Shown piece by piece: positions 26,295 to 38,704 of a stretch of DNA of 64,000 nt (positions are counted from its first letter, which is position 1; each line of letters opens with the position of its first letter). Made by a program: the position numbers and the translations under genes. Source of the DNA: Octopus sinensis (Eukaryota). A model generated the notes under the pieces. The model ran no database searches. It saw only the letters and a list, made by a program, of their open reading frames with translations, and was not told where the DNA came from. The stretch is taken from the NCBI RefSeq assembly GCF_006345805.1, contig NC_043003.1, forward strand, positions 109,368,001 to 109,432,000, written 5' to 3'.

Positions 26295-26640
26295 ATTATG
26301 ATTTGCGTAAAGGTATGGGTTGCTGTACCCAAGAAAACCCGTCCTCCACAGCAGAAGTGTTAATGTTGCTCCCTTGGCCGAAAATGATTGGCCTGTGAGA
26401 GCCCTGTGCCAGTACCTTATCAAAAGTACTCATTCTGGTGTCATGTAAAAATACCAATGCTGGTGCCATGTGTAAATCATCCAGCACGCTCTGTGAAGGG
26501 GTTGGTGTTAGGAGGGGCATCCGGCTGTAGAAATAGAACCAGATCAGACTGGAACTTGGTGCAGTTCTTCTGCTTGATAGCTCTGGTCAAACCATCCAAC
26601 CCATGCCAATATGAAAAACAGATGTTAAATGATGAGGATG
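26295..26640 (+). mobile_element. RTE-derived 3' short element; tail expanded into a (GAT)n tract to about 26990
   Basis: catgtaaaaatacc...gttaggaggggcatccggctgtagaaa...ccatccaacccatgcc...gttaaatgatg. Confidence 0.75.
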
Positions 26641-26697
26641 TTGATGATGATGATGAGTATGACGATGATGATGGTGGTGGTGATGATGATGATAATG

Positions 26698-26749
<52 letters not shown>

Positions 26750-26886
26750 AGATGATGATGATGATGATGAGGATGATGATGATGATGATGAAGATGATGA
26801 TGATGATGACGACGATGATGATGATGATGGTGATGGTGGTAGTGGTGATGATGATGATGATGATGATGATGACGATGATGACGACG

Positions 26887-26942
<56 letters not shown>

Positions 26943-26994
26943 GGTGTGGTGGTGTGGTGGTGTGGTGGTGGTGGTGATTATCATCATGATGGAT

Positions 26995-27640
26995 GTGTGA
27001 AATATTGGTTTTGAATTTTGGCACAAGACCAGCAGGTTTGGCAGAGGGGGTAATACTTATTTTATTGACTCCAAAAGGATGAAAGTCAAAGTTGACCTTG
27101 GCAGAATTTGAACTCAGAACACAAAGACGAATGAGTTGCTGCTGAGCATTTTCCTTAGCACACAAACAATTCTGTCAGCTTGCCCCTTTACAATCTCTAA
27201 TAATATTGGTTTCAAATTTTGACACAAGGCCAGTATCTTTGAGGGAGTGGATAAGTCAATTACCTTGATCCTAGTCCTCAATTGGGGCTTCTTTTATTGA
27301 CCCCGAATGTATGAAAGACAAAGTCAACCTTGGCAGAATTTGAACTCAGAACTTACAGATGGACGAAATACTGCTGAGAATTTTGCCCAGCATGCTAATG
27401 GTTCCACCAACTCACAGCCCCAGATATATCATATATTGGTTTCAAATTTTGGCACAAGGCCAGCAATTTCAGAGGAGCGGGCAAGTTGATTACATCAACC
27501 CCAATGTTCAACTGGTACTTATTTTATTAACCCTGAAAAGATAAAAGGCAAAGTTGACCTTGACAGGATTTGAACTCAGAACATAAAGATGAACGAAATG
27601 CTGCTAACAATTCTGCCAGCTCACTGTCCTGGATGTGTCA
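26995..27640 (-). mobile_element. Three head-to-tail SINE family C copies
   Basis: Repeated ttggtttcaaattttggcacaaggccagc...caaagt.gacctt.gcagaatttgaactcagaac units. Confidence 0.85.
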
Positions 27641-27649
27641 GATATTAAC

Positions 27650-27990
27650 TATAATGGTTCCTGGTTCAGTCCCACTGCATGGAACCTTGGGCAAGTGTCT
27701 TCTATTGCAGTGCCAATGCTTTATGGGTGGATTTGGCGGATGGAAACTGAAAAAAGCCTATCATGTATAAATATGTGTGTGTGTGTGTATGACTGACCCC
27801 TCACTGTTTGACAACCAGTGTTGCTTCCTTTATGTCCTTATAACTTAGCAGTTCAGCAATAGAGAATGATAGAATAAGTGCCCAGCTTAAAAAAAAAAGT
27901 GCTGCGGTTGATTTGTATGACTAAAACCATTTGAGGCAGTTAGTGCTCCAGCTTGGTCACAGTCCAATGAGTGAAACAAGTAGAAGAGAA
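27650..27990 (+). mobile_element. SINE family A (degenerate)
   Basis: ggttcagtcccactgcatgg...ggaaactgaaaaaagcc...ccagcttggtcacagtccaatgagtgaaacaag. Confidence 0.75.
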
Positions 27991-28290
27991 AATAAAAGAA
28001 ATCGCAAGTTTAGATTTCTCTTAAAATGTGACAAATTCTTTCTAAAATTCTTTTCACTAATTAATTACATGATAATTATTCAAAACTAAACTCGTCATCG
28101 TCATCATCATCAACAACAACAACAATATTTAACGTCTGTTTTTCCTGCTAGCATGGGTTGGATGGCTTAACAGGAACTGGCAAGGCCAGGGACTGCCTCA
28201 GGTCCCTTAATCTGCTTTTGCTTGCTTTTTATGGCTTGATGTCCTTCTTAACACCAACTCTTCCACAGCATGTACTGGGTGTGTTTTACT

Positions 28291-28557
28291 TGACACCACC
28301 ACCCACACCTATTTCTTTATTGCCCACAAGGGGCTAAACACAGAGAGGACAAACAAGGACAGATAAACGGATTAAGTCGATTATATCGACCCCAATGCGT
28401 AACTGGTACTTAATTTATCGACCCCGAAAAAAAATTAAGTACCAGTTATGCACTGGGGTCGATGTAATCGACTTAATCCGTTTGTCTGTCCTTGTTTGTC
28501 CTCTCTGTGTTTAGCCCCTTGTGGGCAATAAAGAAATAGGTGTGGGTGCTGGTGTCA
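28291..28557. repeat. Inverted repeat of SINE C 3' halves (arms about 126 bp, 15-nt spacer)
   Basis: 28291-28416 is the reverse complement of 28432-28557, with few mismatches. Confidence 0.9.
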
Positions 28558-28977
28558 CCGTCACCCACACCAATACTTTTTACGTGACATCTTTTACAGT
28601 TTTAAAATTGCATATGGTCTTTACAATAGCAGAGGGTAAGGTACGAGCCTTACAGAATTTAGTTACATATTTTTACATGCTGTCATTGTTTTCATTGCCA
28701 CGGTTATTTTCATCGGCATCACTGTTGTCATCACCATCATAATTAATCATTATTTGAACATCAACTTTTCCATGGGTCAGATGGAATTCCTTGAGGTCGA
28801 TTTTTCTTTTTTTTGTCCTGATGTAGTTCCTGTCATCAAGTTTCTTGTTTTCCATAAAAGGTAATATCCTCTCTTGGCTGAACATGGTTTCATGGAAGAC
28901 TAGAAATAAATGAACGACACAGCTTGTATGATGGTGTTGCATACTGACAGCTATTACATGATGTCAAGGCAAGGAGA

Positions 28978-28982
28978 CACAA

Positions 28983-29071
<89 letters not shown>

Positions 29072-29090
29072 CACACACACACCACACACA

Positions 29091-29144
<54 letters not shown>

Positions 29145-29146
29145 AC

Positions 29147-29224
<78 letters not shown>

Positions 29225-29225
29225 A
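28978..29225. repeat. (CA)n microsatellite within a minus-strand SINE A
   Basis: Direct inspection; flanked by ttcaatttccacc..caaattcactcacaagg. Confidence 0.9.
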
Positions 29226-29559
29226 TGCATACATATGAAAAGTGGGCTTCTTTCAATTTCCACCTCCCAAATTCACTCACAAGGATTTGGCTTGTCCAGG
29301 GCTATAGTAGAAGGCATTTGCTGAAGATGTCACATAGTGCAACTGAAAGCCAAACCATGTGGTTGAGATGCAAACTCCTTAGTTGCTCCGCCTTGCCAGC
29401 AATTATATCTAATCTATATCCTGCCAACGTTCACTTCATCATACATCATTTTGGTGTCAATGAACTAAGTCACAGTTACGGAGTGGGGGGGAGTAATTTA
29501 ACTGCATAACCTTCCTCCAAGTTCTGGCATTAATCTTATGCTACGTTGGAAGCAATTAA

Positions 29560-29663
<104 letters not shown>

Positions 29664-29692
29664 ATCTATCTATCTATCTATTATTATTATTA

Positions 29693-29731
<39 letters not shown>

Positions 29732-30359
29732 TACTATACCAAGGGCTATTCCTATAAGTAAATCCACATGTAAGGGGATACACATGCACCAAATTCAAGG
29801 AAATGAATACAGGTGAAATTCCTGTAAACAAGTCTTAGTCATATATCGTTAATAATTTCATGGTCAGTATGTATCACGAGCTATCCAGCAATCAGTACAA
29901 ACACAACCAGGAAAATATAAATATAAACATCTATTCATGCCATGCAAATCCAATGCATCCAGCAGAGCATAGACAAAAATGTTCACACTTATATAAGAGA
30001 AGGGATTCTCTTTCTTGTTCATCTCAGCCACATGTATATAACCGAAATAGTTCAGCACTGAATACATTCCAGTTTAATATTTATAAATAAAATATAAGGA
30101 TAAAATCTATATAAGATTTTATGAAGTGGCCAGCATGCAAAACCAATTAATGAAAAAATTAATACAAAGTATATATATTTTTTCTTTATATATAAAATGC
30201 ATTATTATATCAAGGGCTATTTCTGTAAGTAAAGCCACACACTGTAAGGGGACCCTAAAATCAAACTACTTCCACAAATATATACACACATAGTGAATTC
30301 GAGGAAATGAATATAGGTATATAGGGGCTGGTTGTGTGAAGCTGGTGTAGGATACAGCC

Positions 30360-30870
30360 GTGAACTCACTTTATTTGTCGGGTCTTCGCAGTCACAGCAT
30401 ATCTCCAGAGGTCTCAGTCTTTCGTCATTGCCTCAGTGAAGCCCAACGTTCGAAGGTCATGCTTGACCACTTCATCCCATGTCTTCTTGGGTCTACCTTT
30501 ACCCTGGATTCCTTTAACTGTTTGGGAGTGGCACTTCTTCACACATCTCACCTCATCCATCTGTAGTACATGACCACACCAGCACAAACGTCTCTCTTGC
30601 ACGCCACATCCGATGCTTCTTATATCCAACATTTCTCTCAGGGCACTTACGCTCCGTCATGTGTGCACACTGACATCATACATCCAGTGGATCGTGCTAG
30701 CTTCATTTCTTTTGAGCCTGCACATGTCCTCCACAGTCACAGCCCATGTTTCACTGCCGTGAAGCATGGCAGTTTGCACACTTGTGTCGTACAATCTACC
30801 TTTCACTCTGAGCGAGACACCCTTTGTCACCAGTAGGGGTAGAAGCTTCCTAAACTTTGCCCAGGCTGTT
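30360..30870 (-). mobile_element. RTE-clade LINE 3' ORF fragment
   Basis: AWAKFRKLLPLL..KG.SLRVKGRLY...MLHGSETW; RRLCWCGHVLQM; GRPKKTWDEVVKHDLRTLG..EAMTKD. Confidence 0.88.
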
Positions 30871-30872
30871 CT

Positions 30873-30904
<32 letters not shown>

Positions 30905-30908
<4 letters not shown>

Positions 30909-31050
30909 ATAAGCTTCTTTCAGCTTCTGTCTAATCTGCTCAGAAGTCTTTGGTTGGTCTGAGACTATAGTAGAAGACACTTGCCCAAGTTTGTTGTAGT
31001 GGGACTAAACTGAAGAGCACATGGTTGGGAAGCAAGCTTCTTAACCATAC
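30905..31050 (-). mobile_element. SINE family A 5' half
   Basis: gcttctttcagcttctgtcta...tatagtagaagacacttgcccaag...gcttcttaaccatac. Confidence 0.75.
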
Positions 31051-32107
31051 ACCCACACATGTGCTTAGGTCTTTTTTAAAAACTACTATTCAAGAATAAA
31101 TTGATGTAAAATCAATACAATTTTCAATTGCTTTGATATGAATAAAATAATTTGGAAAATGTTTGAATTTTTTTTATAATGATTTAATATATCGACACTA
31201 CAAAAATAATCTCAATAGAATCAAATACATCTGAAGTATTCTTACCATTTTAATGATCTAAAACCTATCAAAGTTCAGGTTCCAGTGAATTTTTAAAATT
31301 TTATTGACTACATTAACCTGCTATTAATTTAATTATCAATTTTTATGAAATTACATGACTCTATTTGTTATTATTGTGTAATTAAAAAAAGTCCTGGATA
31401 CACTTTAGCATTTAGATTATTCTGTCAAATGTAATATTTAATTAATCACATTCTTTTGAATTAATCATGCATAATCTTGTAGCCAAGAGATTCCAATAGT
31501 ATGACTTTTTAGAATGACATTGTAGGGTAGATGTGAGAGGCCAGATCTAGGCTGGTTTGACCATAGAACAGGGAGAATATTTAGGTTGGATTAGGTTGGT
31601 TTAAATGCTCAAAGATTAAGCTGCATTTAGTTGTGGGGCTCTGCTTTTGAAGAAACAGGGTTTTGAGGTGTATGGTAGCAATTCTTAGCCACTATTGTTA
31701 CCAGATCTGTTCTGACCCTCAGAGAAATAACACCTGTCAGGATCCCAGTCCTGGGTTAAATAAGATATAACCATCTGAGCCTAGGTATATTGCTATCATG
31801 GGAAGCAGTATGGTGGATGAAATTATTGAGTCAATGGTAAATGTCACAAGAGGCTGAGAGGATGGACAGGCAACAAACTGTTGATGGCCAGAACGACAAA
31901 TTCAATTAGCAAACGACTGCTATCATGTGTAGTTGCAGTATATGCAGATGAAATATTCCAGCTAACAAAAGACCCATGTGATTAAAACCCAAGCCAAACA
32001 TTCATACTATAGTGCATAATGAAACAGGACATCTGGTATGGAAGAGTTGCATTGGTCCAGGTGAGTCACCTAACCAAATGAGAAAAAAGTGTGAGAAAAT
32101 CATTATT

Positions 32108-32550
32108 GGCGCAGGAGTGGCTGTGTGGTAAGTAGCTTGCCTACCAAGCACATGGTTCCGGGTTCATTCCCACTGCATGGCACCTTGAGCAAGTGCCTTA
32201 TACTATAGCCTCGAACTGACCAAAGCCTTGTAAGTGGATTTGGTAGACGGAAACTGAAAGAAGCCTGTCGTATATATGTATATCTTGGGTGTGTATATAT
32301 ATGTATGTATGTATGTGTATGTATATGTTTGTGTGTCTGTGTTTGTCCCCCCAACATTGCTTGACAACCGATGGTGGTGTGTTTACGTCCCCGTAACTTA
32401 GTGGTCCGGCAAAAGAGACTGCTAGAATAAGTACTAGGCTTCCAAAGAATAAGTCCTGGGGTCAATCTTCTCAACTGAAGGCAGTGCTCCAGCATGGCCA
32501 CAGTCAAATTACTGAAACAGGTTAAAGAGTAAAAGAGTAACGAGTAAAAG
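32108..32550 (+). mobile_element. SINE family A, full length
   Basis: ggcgcaggagtggctgtgtggtaagtagcttgc through ccagcatggccacagtcaaattactgaaacag. Confidence 0.9.
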
Positions 32551-33362
32551 TATTGGAATGAGTAAAACTTGCTAAGCTTACATTTCAGGCATCTGTCTGA
32601 AGATGTATGAGGAAGCTGAGCTAAATATTTTGAGGGAGACAGGCAGATGTCCATGCATGCAAGCCCATCCCCCCCTCTCTCTCTCTCTTCATTCCACTGA
32701 TGTTTATCCAAGAGAAATACAACCAACTTGGGCCCATACAGATAGGCACAGCTGTAAGAATGCAGACGGGTAATAAGGATACGGTAAAGAAACTTGTTCA
32801 AGGTCAGCCTTATAACTGTTCTATCACCCTGGACAACTGAAGACTTTCAGAAGCAATTTAAAAATAGTATGTGGAATAAATAAAATGATTGTCAGGTTGA
32901 TACATATCCTCCTCCTCCTCTTCACTTTGCTCCTTCTCTTCATCCTTGTCATCCTCATCATTGTTGTCATCATTTTATTGTCCAGGGCTATAATGGAAGA
33001 CATATGCCCATGGTGCCAACCAACACCATGTCGTTGGGAAGCAAACTTATATATAAGCACAACCATAATTGCGTGTGCCTGTATATTATTAAAAGAAAAT
33101 AAGCCTGGACTTGGTGGGGGAGAAGAAACTCATCCTAACACGAATATGATGTATTTCTTTCTTTACTGTAGAATGCATACATGCGTAACAGAGCCATGTT
33201 ATTACATTGCTGCAGACAATAGAATAAATCACATAATTTATTGCCTACGAGCAGCAGGCTTGGTTAATTACCCACCCTGGTAATGAAATTAGAATTTCAT
33301 TCAGCAAAGCTGTACAGTTAAATGGAATTCCTTGAATCTATGTATGTATGTATGTATGTATG

Positions 33363-33403
<41 letters not shown>

Positions 33404-33664
33404 CTGTCCATCTACCTGTTCGTCTGTCCATCCGTCCATCCATCCATTTATCTATCTATCTATCTGTCAGTCTGTCTATCTGACTATCTGTCTTTATCTG
33501 TCTGTCTGTCTGTCCATCTGTCTATCTATCTGTCTGTCCATCTGTCTATCTATCTACCTGTCCATCTATCTATTTGTCTGTCTGCTTGCATGCATATGTG
33601 CGCATGTGTGTGTGTATGTGTGTATGTGTGTGTGTGTGTGTGTGCGTGTGTGTGTGTATGTGTA

Positions 33665-33698
<34 letters not shown>

Positions 33699-33875
33699 TA
33701 GATATGTAGATAGATATTGATATAATTTCTGTGGGTCAAATCTACTCACAAAGCTTTGGTGTCATGAAGTGGAGTTGAACCCCAAAATATGTTTTTGGAA
33801 TTAAAACTTCTTAATCAGGCTGCCATGCTTGTACCAAATACACACACACACATTAATATATATTTTCTTTTATCT

Positions 33876-34190
33876 TATACTAGCAGTATCACCCGGCGTT
33901 GCTTTAGAATTGGAATTTTTGAAAAGTAAAAATTTTGCATTATGTAGCTTGTTATTCTCTTTAAGTGAACATTTTTCTGGTTGAAATACATGAAAAATGG
34001 CAACAGTCAAAAAATCGTAAAAAATAGGGATTTTCATAGAAAATAGCACCTTTTTGATGTAAATAATTTTTGGTGTTATCATACTCTCAATTTTGGTCAA
34101 CATGCGCTGCAGGGTCTTGGAGGAGATAGTGTTAGTTGAAGGCTACCAAACCTGCCATACACAGACAACTTCAGCTTTATATATATAGAT
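33876..34190 (+). mobile_element. Non-autonomous Helitron/Helentron-like element; second 3' end at 34515-34653
   Basis: Starts tatactagcag...cccggcgttgc and ends acagacaacttcagctttatatatatagat, the terminal style of DINE-1/HINE-like elements. Confidence 0.5.
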
Positions 34191-34689
34191 AATTGGTATA
34201 TGTTCACAAAGTCCAAACGATTAATACGAAAAAACCCTCCAGTCTACATCCCGAAAATTCATTTCTTTGCCGAATTTTTACAATGTTTACGGCGATTCGT
34301 TTTTATATCTTGATTTTTTTATTTTTCATGTAATTTACGCATGCTTGCACGCGTGGTGAACACAGTTCACGTCAAACAGCTGACTGAGTAAAGTTCACTA
34401 TTCAATGTATGGGATAAGACCTAAACAAACACATTATCGATTTTTGCACTTGCGAGATGAATTTCAGAACAGAAATAGCGCAGTTCCATTTTCATTCGCT
34501 TAAACTTTAAGTGACCCATTTTTGGTGGTTCTACACTTTGTTGGCTAGGAGGAGATGTGCCGGGAAGTTAAACACACAGACACACACACAGATACATACA
34601 CAGACACACACACAGATACACACACAGACACACAAGTTGAGTTTTATATATATAGATGTGTTTCATTCATTCATCGGAAGCCATGCTAA

Positions 34690-35010
34690 GTCACTGCTTT
34701 GAAGTATGTAGCTGAACAAATCAACACCAGTACATTTTTGTTTAAGTCTGTTTATCCCTCCTCGCTAGACTGCTAAGTTGCAGGGTTATAAACAAACCAA
34801 CACCGGTTGTCAAGCATGGTGAGAGACAAACACAAATACAAAGACACACACACACACATGCATATACACATGCACACACATACACAGATATATACAACAT
34901 CTATAAAAGGCTTCTTTCAGTTTCTGTCAACCAAATCTGCTCACAAGGCTTTGGCTGGTCTGAGGTTAAAGTTGAAGAAACTTGCCCAGATAACAGAGCA
35001 AGGGACTCTG
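34690..35010 (-). mobile_element. SINE family A (degenerate)
   Basis: ggcttctttcagtttctgtcaaccaaatctgctcacaaggctttgg. Confidence 0.75.
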
Positions 35011-35014
35011 TCAA

Positions 35015-35200
35015 AAGCTTTCTACAGGCCAGTGAAAACCAAGAACAATGGTCTACATTTTGACAGATTTCTTCCTGCAGTTGTCCCACTTGGAAGATGG
35101 TATCAGTGGTAATCTTCCCAGGCACACAATCAAACTGCATCTCATATAGTTTAATTCTATTTCTAATCAATTGGACTATAACTCTCTCTGAAACTTTCAT
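35015..35200 (-). mobile_element. RTE-type reverse transcriptase fragment
   Basis: VIVQLIRNRIKLYEMQFDCVPGKITTDTIFQVGQLQE matches the RT motif QFGF.PG.GTTDAIF..RQLQEK. Confidence 0.7.
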
Positions 35201-35215
35201 AACCTGTGGCTGGTT

Positions 35216-35373
35216 AGGAGTGGCTGTGTGGTAAGTAGCTTGCTTACCAACCACATGGTCCCGGGTTCAGTCCCACTGCATGGCACCTTGGGCAAGTTTC
35301 TCCTACTATAGCCTCGGGCTGACCAAAGCCTTGTGAGTGGATTTGGTAGACAGAAACTGAAAGAAGCCCGTCG

Positions 35374-35409
<36 letters not shown>

Positions 35410-35650
35410 GTGTGTGTGTGTGCATATGTGTGTTTGTGTTTGTGTGTCTGTGTTTGTCCCCCCCAACATCGCTCAACTACCAATGCTAGTGTGTTCACGT
35501 CCCCGTAACTTAATGGTTCGGCAAAAAGACCGATGGAATAAGTACTAAGCTTACAAAGGATAAGTTTTTGGGGTCGATTTGCTTGACTAAAGGCGGTGCT
35601 CCAGCATGGCCACAGTCAAATGACTGAAACAAGTAAAAGAGTAAAAGAGC
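35216..35650 (+). mobile_element. SINE family A, full length
   Basis: All family A blocks are present in order. Confidence 0.9.
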
Positions 35651-35944
35651 AACCTGGTCCAGCTCTCACTTGATCCATGCAGGAAAAGAAAAGGAGATGT
35701 TGAAGCAATGATGATGATGAAGATGATGATGAATGCAAATAGGGGAATACATCCTGCAAGACACCCTCTATGGCACTAACAATTCTATCAGTCCACTGCT
35801 CCAGACTGGCACTTTAATTTGTTCATTCTGAAAAGATGGGAAGCAAAGTGAGTTTCAGCTGGTAAAGAACTTTGGGTTCAAAGCAAGAAAGTTGGAATAA
35901 ATACAGCAAGCAATCCCAACCCAAACACTAATGCTTCTACTAAT

Positions 35945-36365
35945 ATGCCTACTTATATTATGAAGTCACTTGGAATGGATCCAGTGGACATAGAAACCCT
36001 TGCTTCGGATGGCGAACAAAAGTGTGGAGTGGAGTGAAAGCATTTGAAGAGGCCAGGATAACGCATGCCAGACTCAAAAGAGATCTAAGGAAGAATGTTA
36101 TGATCGATACAGTGAATCACAATGGCCTTTTATTGTGTGCACAGTTTGTGACAGACCAAGCCTTTCTTTTGCTGGGCTCAAATCTCATTTGCAAACCCAT
36201 GGAAGATGAACATCCACCAACTATTCTGCTTATATGTCTCCACACACCTTTGAATGCAGTAAATACCAGAAGGATTGCAAATCTAACGGAGGCCTCAAAA
36301 GACATTTTAAGATCCACAAAGATCAGAACTTATCTGAAGCTCTTGCTGATCCAAATCGGATGTGC
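35945..36365 (+). mobile_element. RTE LINE 3' fragment with C2H2-like fingers
   Basis: IMKSLGMDPVDIETLASDG; FECSKYQKDCKSNGGLKRHFKIH. Homologous to 42380-42800 (-). Confidence 0.8.
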
Positions 36366-36373
36366 AATATATA

Positions 36374-36418
<45 letters not shown>

Positions 36419-36430
36419 CGTGTGTGTGTA

Positions 36431-37092
36431 TACAAAGGGAAGTTAAAAATTATCTGCATTTCACTATAACATATCTTTATTATTGGCACACAGCCTTCTG
36501 TGCATGCGTGCTTATAGCTGGTACTATTGTGGTTATGTGATCAAAGTTTGGGCCTGATTGTGCCATTTTCCCTTCTTTCTCTACAGTGTAAGCATGACCA
36601 CTCCACTAACAATGTGCCCCAACGAAGGACAAAGGGCAGTGACCCGATTTCTCTAGTCAAAATGTGGGTCAAGTGCTGAAATTCATTGGAGGCTTTTAGC
36701 ACAATATGGGGACAGTGTACTACCACATAGAAGTGTGCGTGAGTGGATCGAGAAGTTTAAAAGTAGCCTGACAAGTGTGATGCCCGAAGAAGAAGCAGGA
36801 TGTCCATCAATCTCCGCCACTAATGAGAAGATTCAGCAAGCTCAAAAGATGGTAATGGTGAACCGGTTCCCCATTACCATCTCTCGGATCACTGCTCTTT
36901 GTTCTTCTTTGGTGCTCGAGGAGTGACCATACTTACACTGTAAAGCCAGAAAGAAAAATGGTGTAATCAGGCTCAAACTTCAGTCACGTGACCACAATAG
37001 TACCAACTCAAATCATGCATGTGCAGAAGGCAGGGTGACAATAACAAAGATATGTTATGGCGAAAGCGCGGATAATTTTTGACTTCTCCTAT
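36431..37092. mobile_element. mariner derivative bounded by two inverted left ends, with an N-terminal transposase fragment (36594-36866, +)
   Basis: TIR-like tacaaagggaagttaaaaattatc / gataatttttgacttctcct. QRAVTRFL*...AEIHWRL..QYGD...VREWIEKFK is a mariner HTH. Confidence 0.75.
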
Positions 37093-37124
37093 ATATATAA
37101 ATATAAATAAATAAATGTGCCCTT

Positions 37125-37345
37125 TTAAAGCCTATCCAGGGTCATGGGCCTAGTTTCCCGGTTTCTATGGTATATGTGTTCCCCAGCTGGATGGAATGCC
37201 AGTCCATTGCAGCGTTACTCATTTTTGCCAGCTGAGTGGACTGGAGCAACGTGAAATGAAGTGTTTTGCTCAAGAGCAGGAATCAAAACCACAATCTTAC
37301 GATCATGATGCCGACACCCTAACCACTAAGTCATGCGCCTCCACT
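37125..37345 (-). mobile_element. SINE family D variant
   Basis: ttactcatttttgccagctgagtggactggagcaacgtg...cctaaccactaagtcatgcgcctccac. Confidence 0.8.
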
Positions 37346-37396
37346 CCTATGTATATATATATATACATATATACACACACACATACACACACACAT

Positions 37397-37427
<31 letters not shown>

Positions 37428-37471
37428 GCAAATGAAAGATGGAAAATGGAATATACAAAACTTTATTATGA

Positions 37472-37577
37472 ATTATGATAATTGTTTCGACACATCTAGC
37501 ATTGATTCCTCTTGGGTGGGACACTCAACAACTGGTTCAGGAGTATCCGGTGGTGCAGATATATCTCGTCAGATGAT
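37472..37577 (-). ncRNA. Type I hammerhead ribozyme with extended stem II (decayed copy)
   Basis: Minus strand: atcat-CTGACGA-gatatatct[59 nt]agatgtgtc-GAAAC-AATT-ATC-ataat. Mismatches in stem III (C.A) and stem I. Confidence 0.65.
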
Positions 37578-37820
37578 AAATAAACACAACTCATTAAAAT
37601 GACTGTTCCGCAATGTAACTTTCCGTTTTAAGCAGCCAAGACGGAGGAAATATCTTCATTTATACAGAAGAACAAAAATAAAATCACAGACAGCAAAAAG
37701 AGAAGCAAACATGGAATCCAACGAGAAAAGTATTAAAAATAACCATTAACAGATATGGATGTATAAACGCCCTTGGGCAAGCTGCATGGCATGAGTACAC
37801 TCGCTCGTACAAGTATCATA

Positions 37821-38033
37821 CAAAGGGGAGCTGAAAAGTTCCTGGCTTTGGGTAAAAGAAAATACAGGTGGATCTGTTAATTAAGACTTTATTCAACTTA
37901 TTCACCTCTCAGATTATTGCAGCAATCCTTCAGTTTTTTTAAGCCCTGTAAAAGAATTCTGATGGTTTGGTCTCCAGCCAGGCATTTTGCGATACCCTCA
38001 GAGCCAGGAACTTTTCAACACCACTTCCTCATG
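37821..38033 (-). mobile_element. mariner-derived MITE (same family as 24664-24864)
   Basis: ta|caaaggggagctgaaaagttcctggct ... agccaggaacttttcaacaccacttcct. Confidence 0.8.
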
Positions 38034-38455
38034 TGTGTGGTGTGTGTGTGTGTGTGTATATACACATATGTATATAGACACATATATGTATGCATGTATA
38101 ACTCACAAACACATACACACAAATGTATATATATATATATCTATATATAATAACAAACGTGGAGTAGATGAAACAGCTGAAGAAGGGGAATTTTCCTTGT
38201 GTTGTTTGTCCTGTACTCTGTTTTTTCGTTGTTTAAGAAGAATGTCCATTTCCTTGGTTTTGTGTTTATGTTTTCGTTTCTCATTGTGTTCGACGTTTTT
38301 TTGGTGTCCTGCTCCCATATATGCATGTATATATACATGTAGAGGTAGGTTCGTACATATATGTATGTATATATGCATATGTTTTATTTATTAATTTATT
38401 ATTATATGACGGAACGCACGCATCCATTTCTAAGTAAGTTTGTTCTTGATATATA

Positions 38456-38485
<30 letters not shown>

Positions 38486-38487
<2 letters not shown>

Positions 38488-38616
38488 TTATTATATAGAA
38501 GGAGCTTCTACAGGACTAGAACTGTTTCATTCAAGAGAAATCTTCAGGAAGCACCTGAAGATTTCTCTTGAATGAAACAGTTCTAGTCCTGTAGAAGCTC
38601 CTTCTATATAATAAAT
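38486..38616. repeat. Perfect palindrome: 63-bp arms, 5-nt loop
   Basis: 38486-38548 is the exact reverse complement of 38554-38616; loop aagca. Confidence 0.95.
38504..38552 (-). ncRNA. Type I hammerhead ribozyme (candidate) in the left arm of the palindrome
   Basis: Minus strand: gcttc-CTGAAGA-t ttc tctt gaa t-GAAAC-ag ttctagtc ct-GTA-gaagc. Stem I 5 bp; U.U at the base of stem II. Confidence 0.62.
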
Positions 38617-38704
38617 TAATTTTACTCTGCTATGTATTGAGTACCTTATTTACTGTGGTTAACCCCGAATCAACCCGGGACCTACATATATATATATATA
38701 TATA

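Noticed and set aside
32103-32801. 232-aa ORF
   Set aside because: Mostly the antisense of a SINE A copy; the same peptide recurs at other SINE copies.
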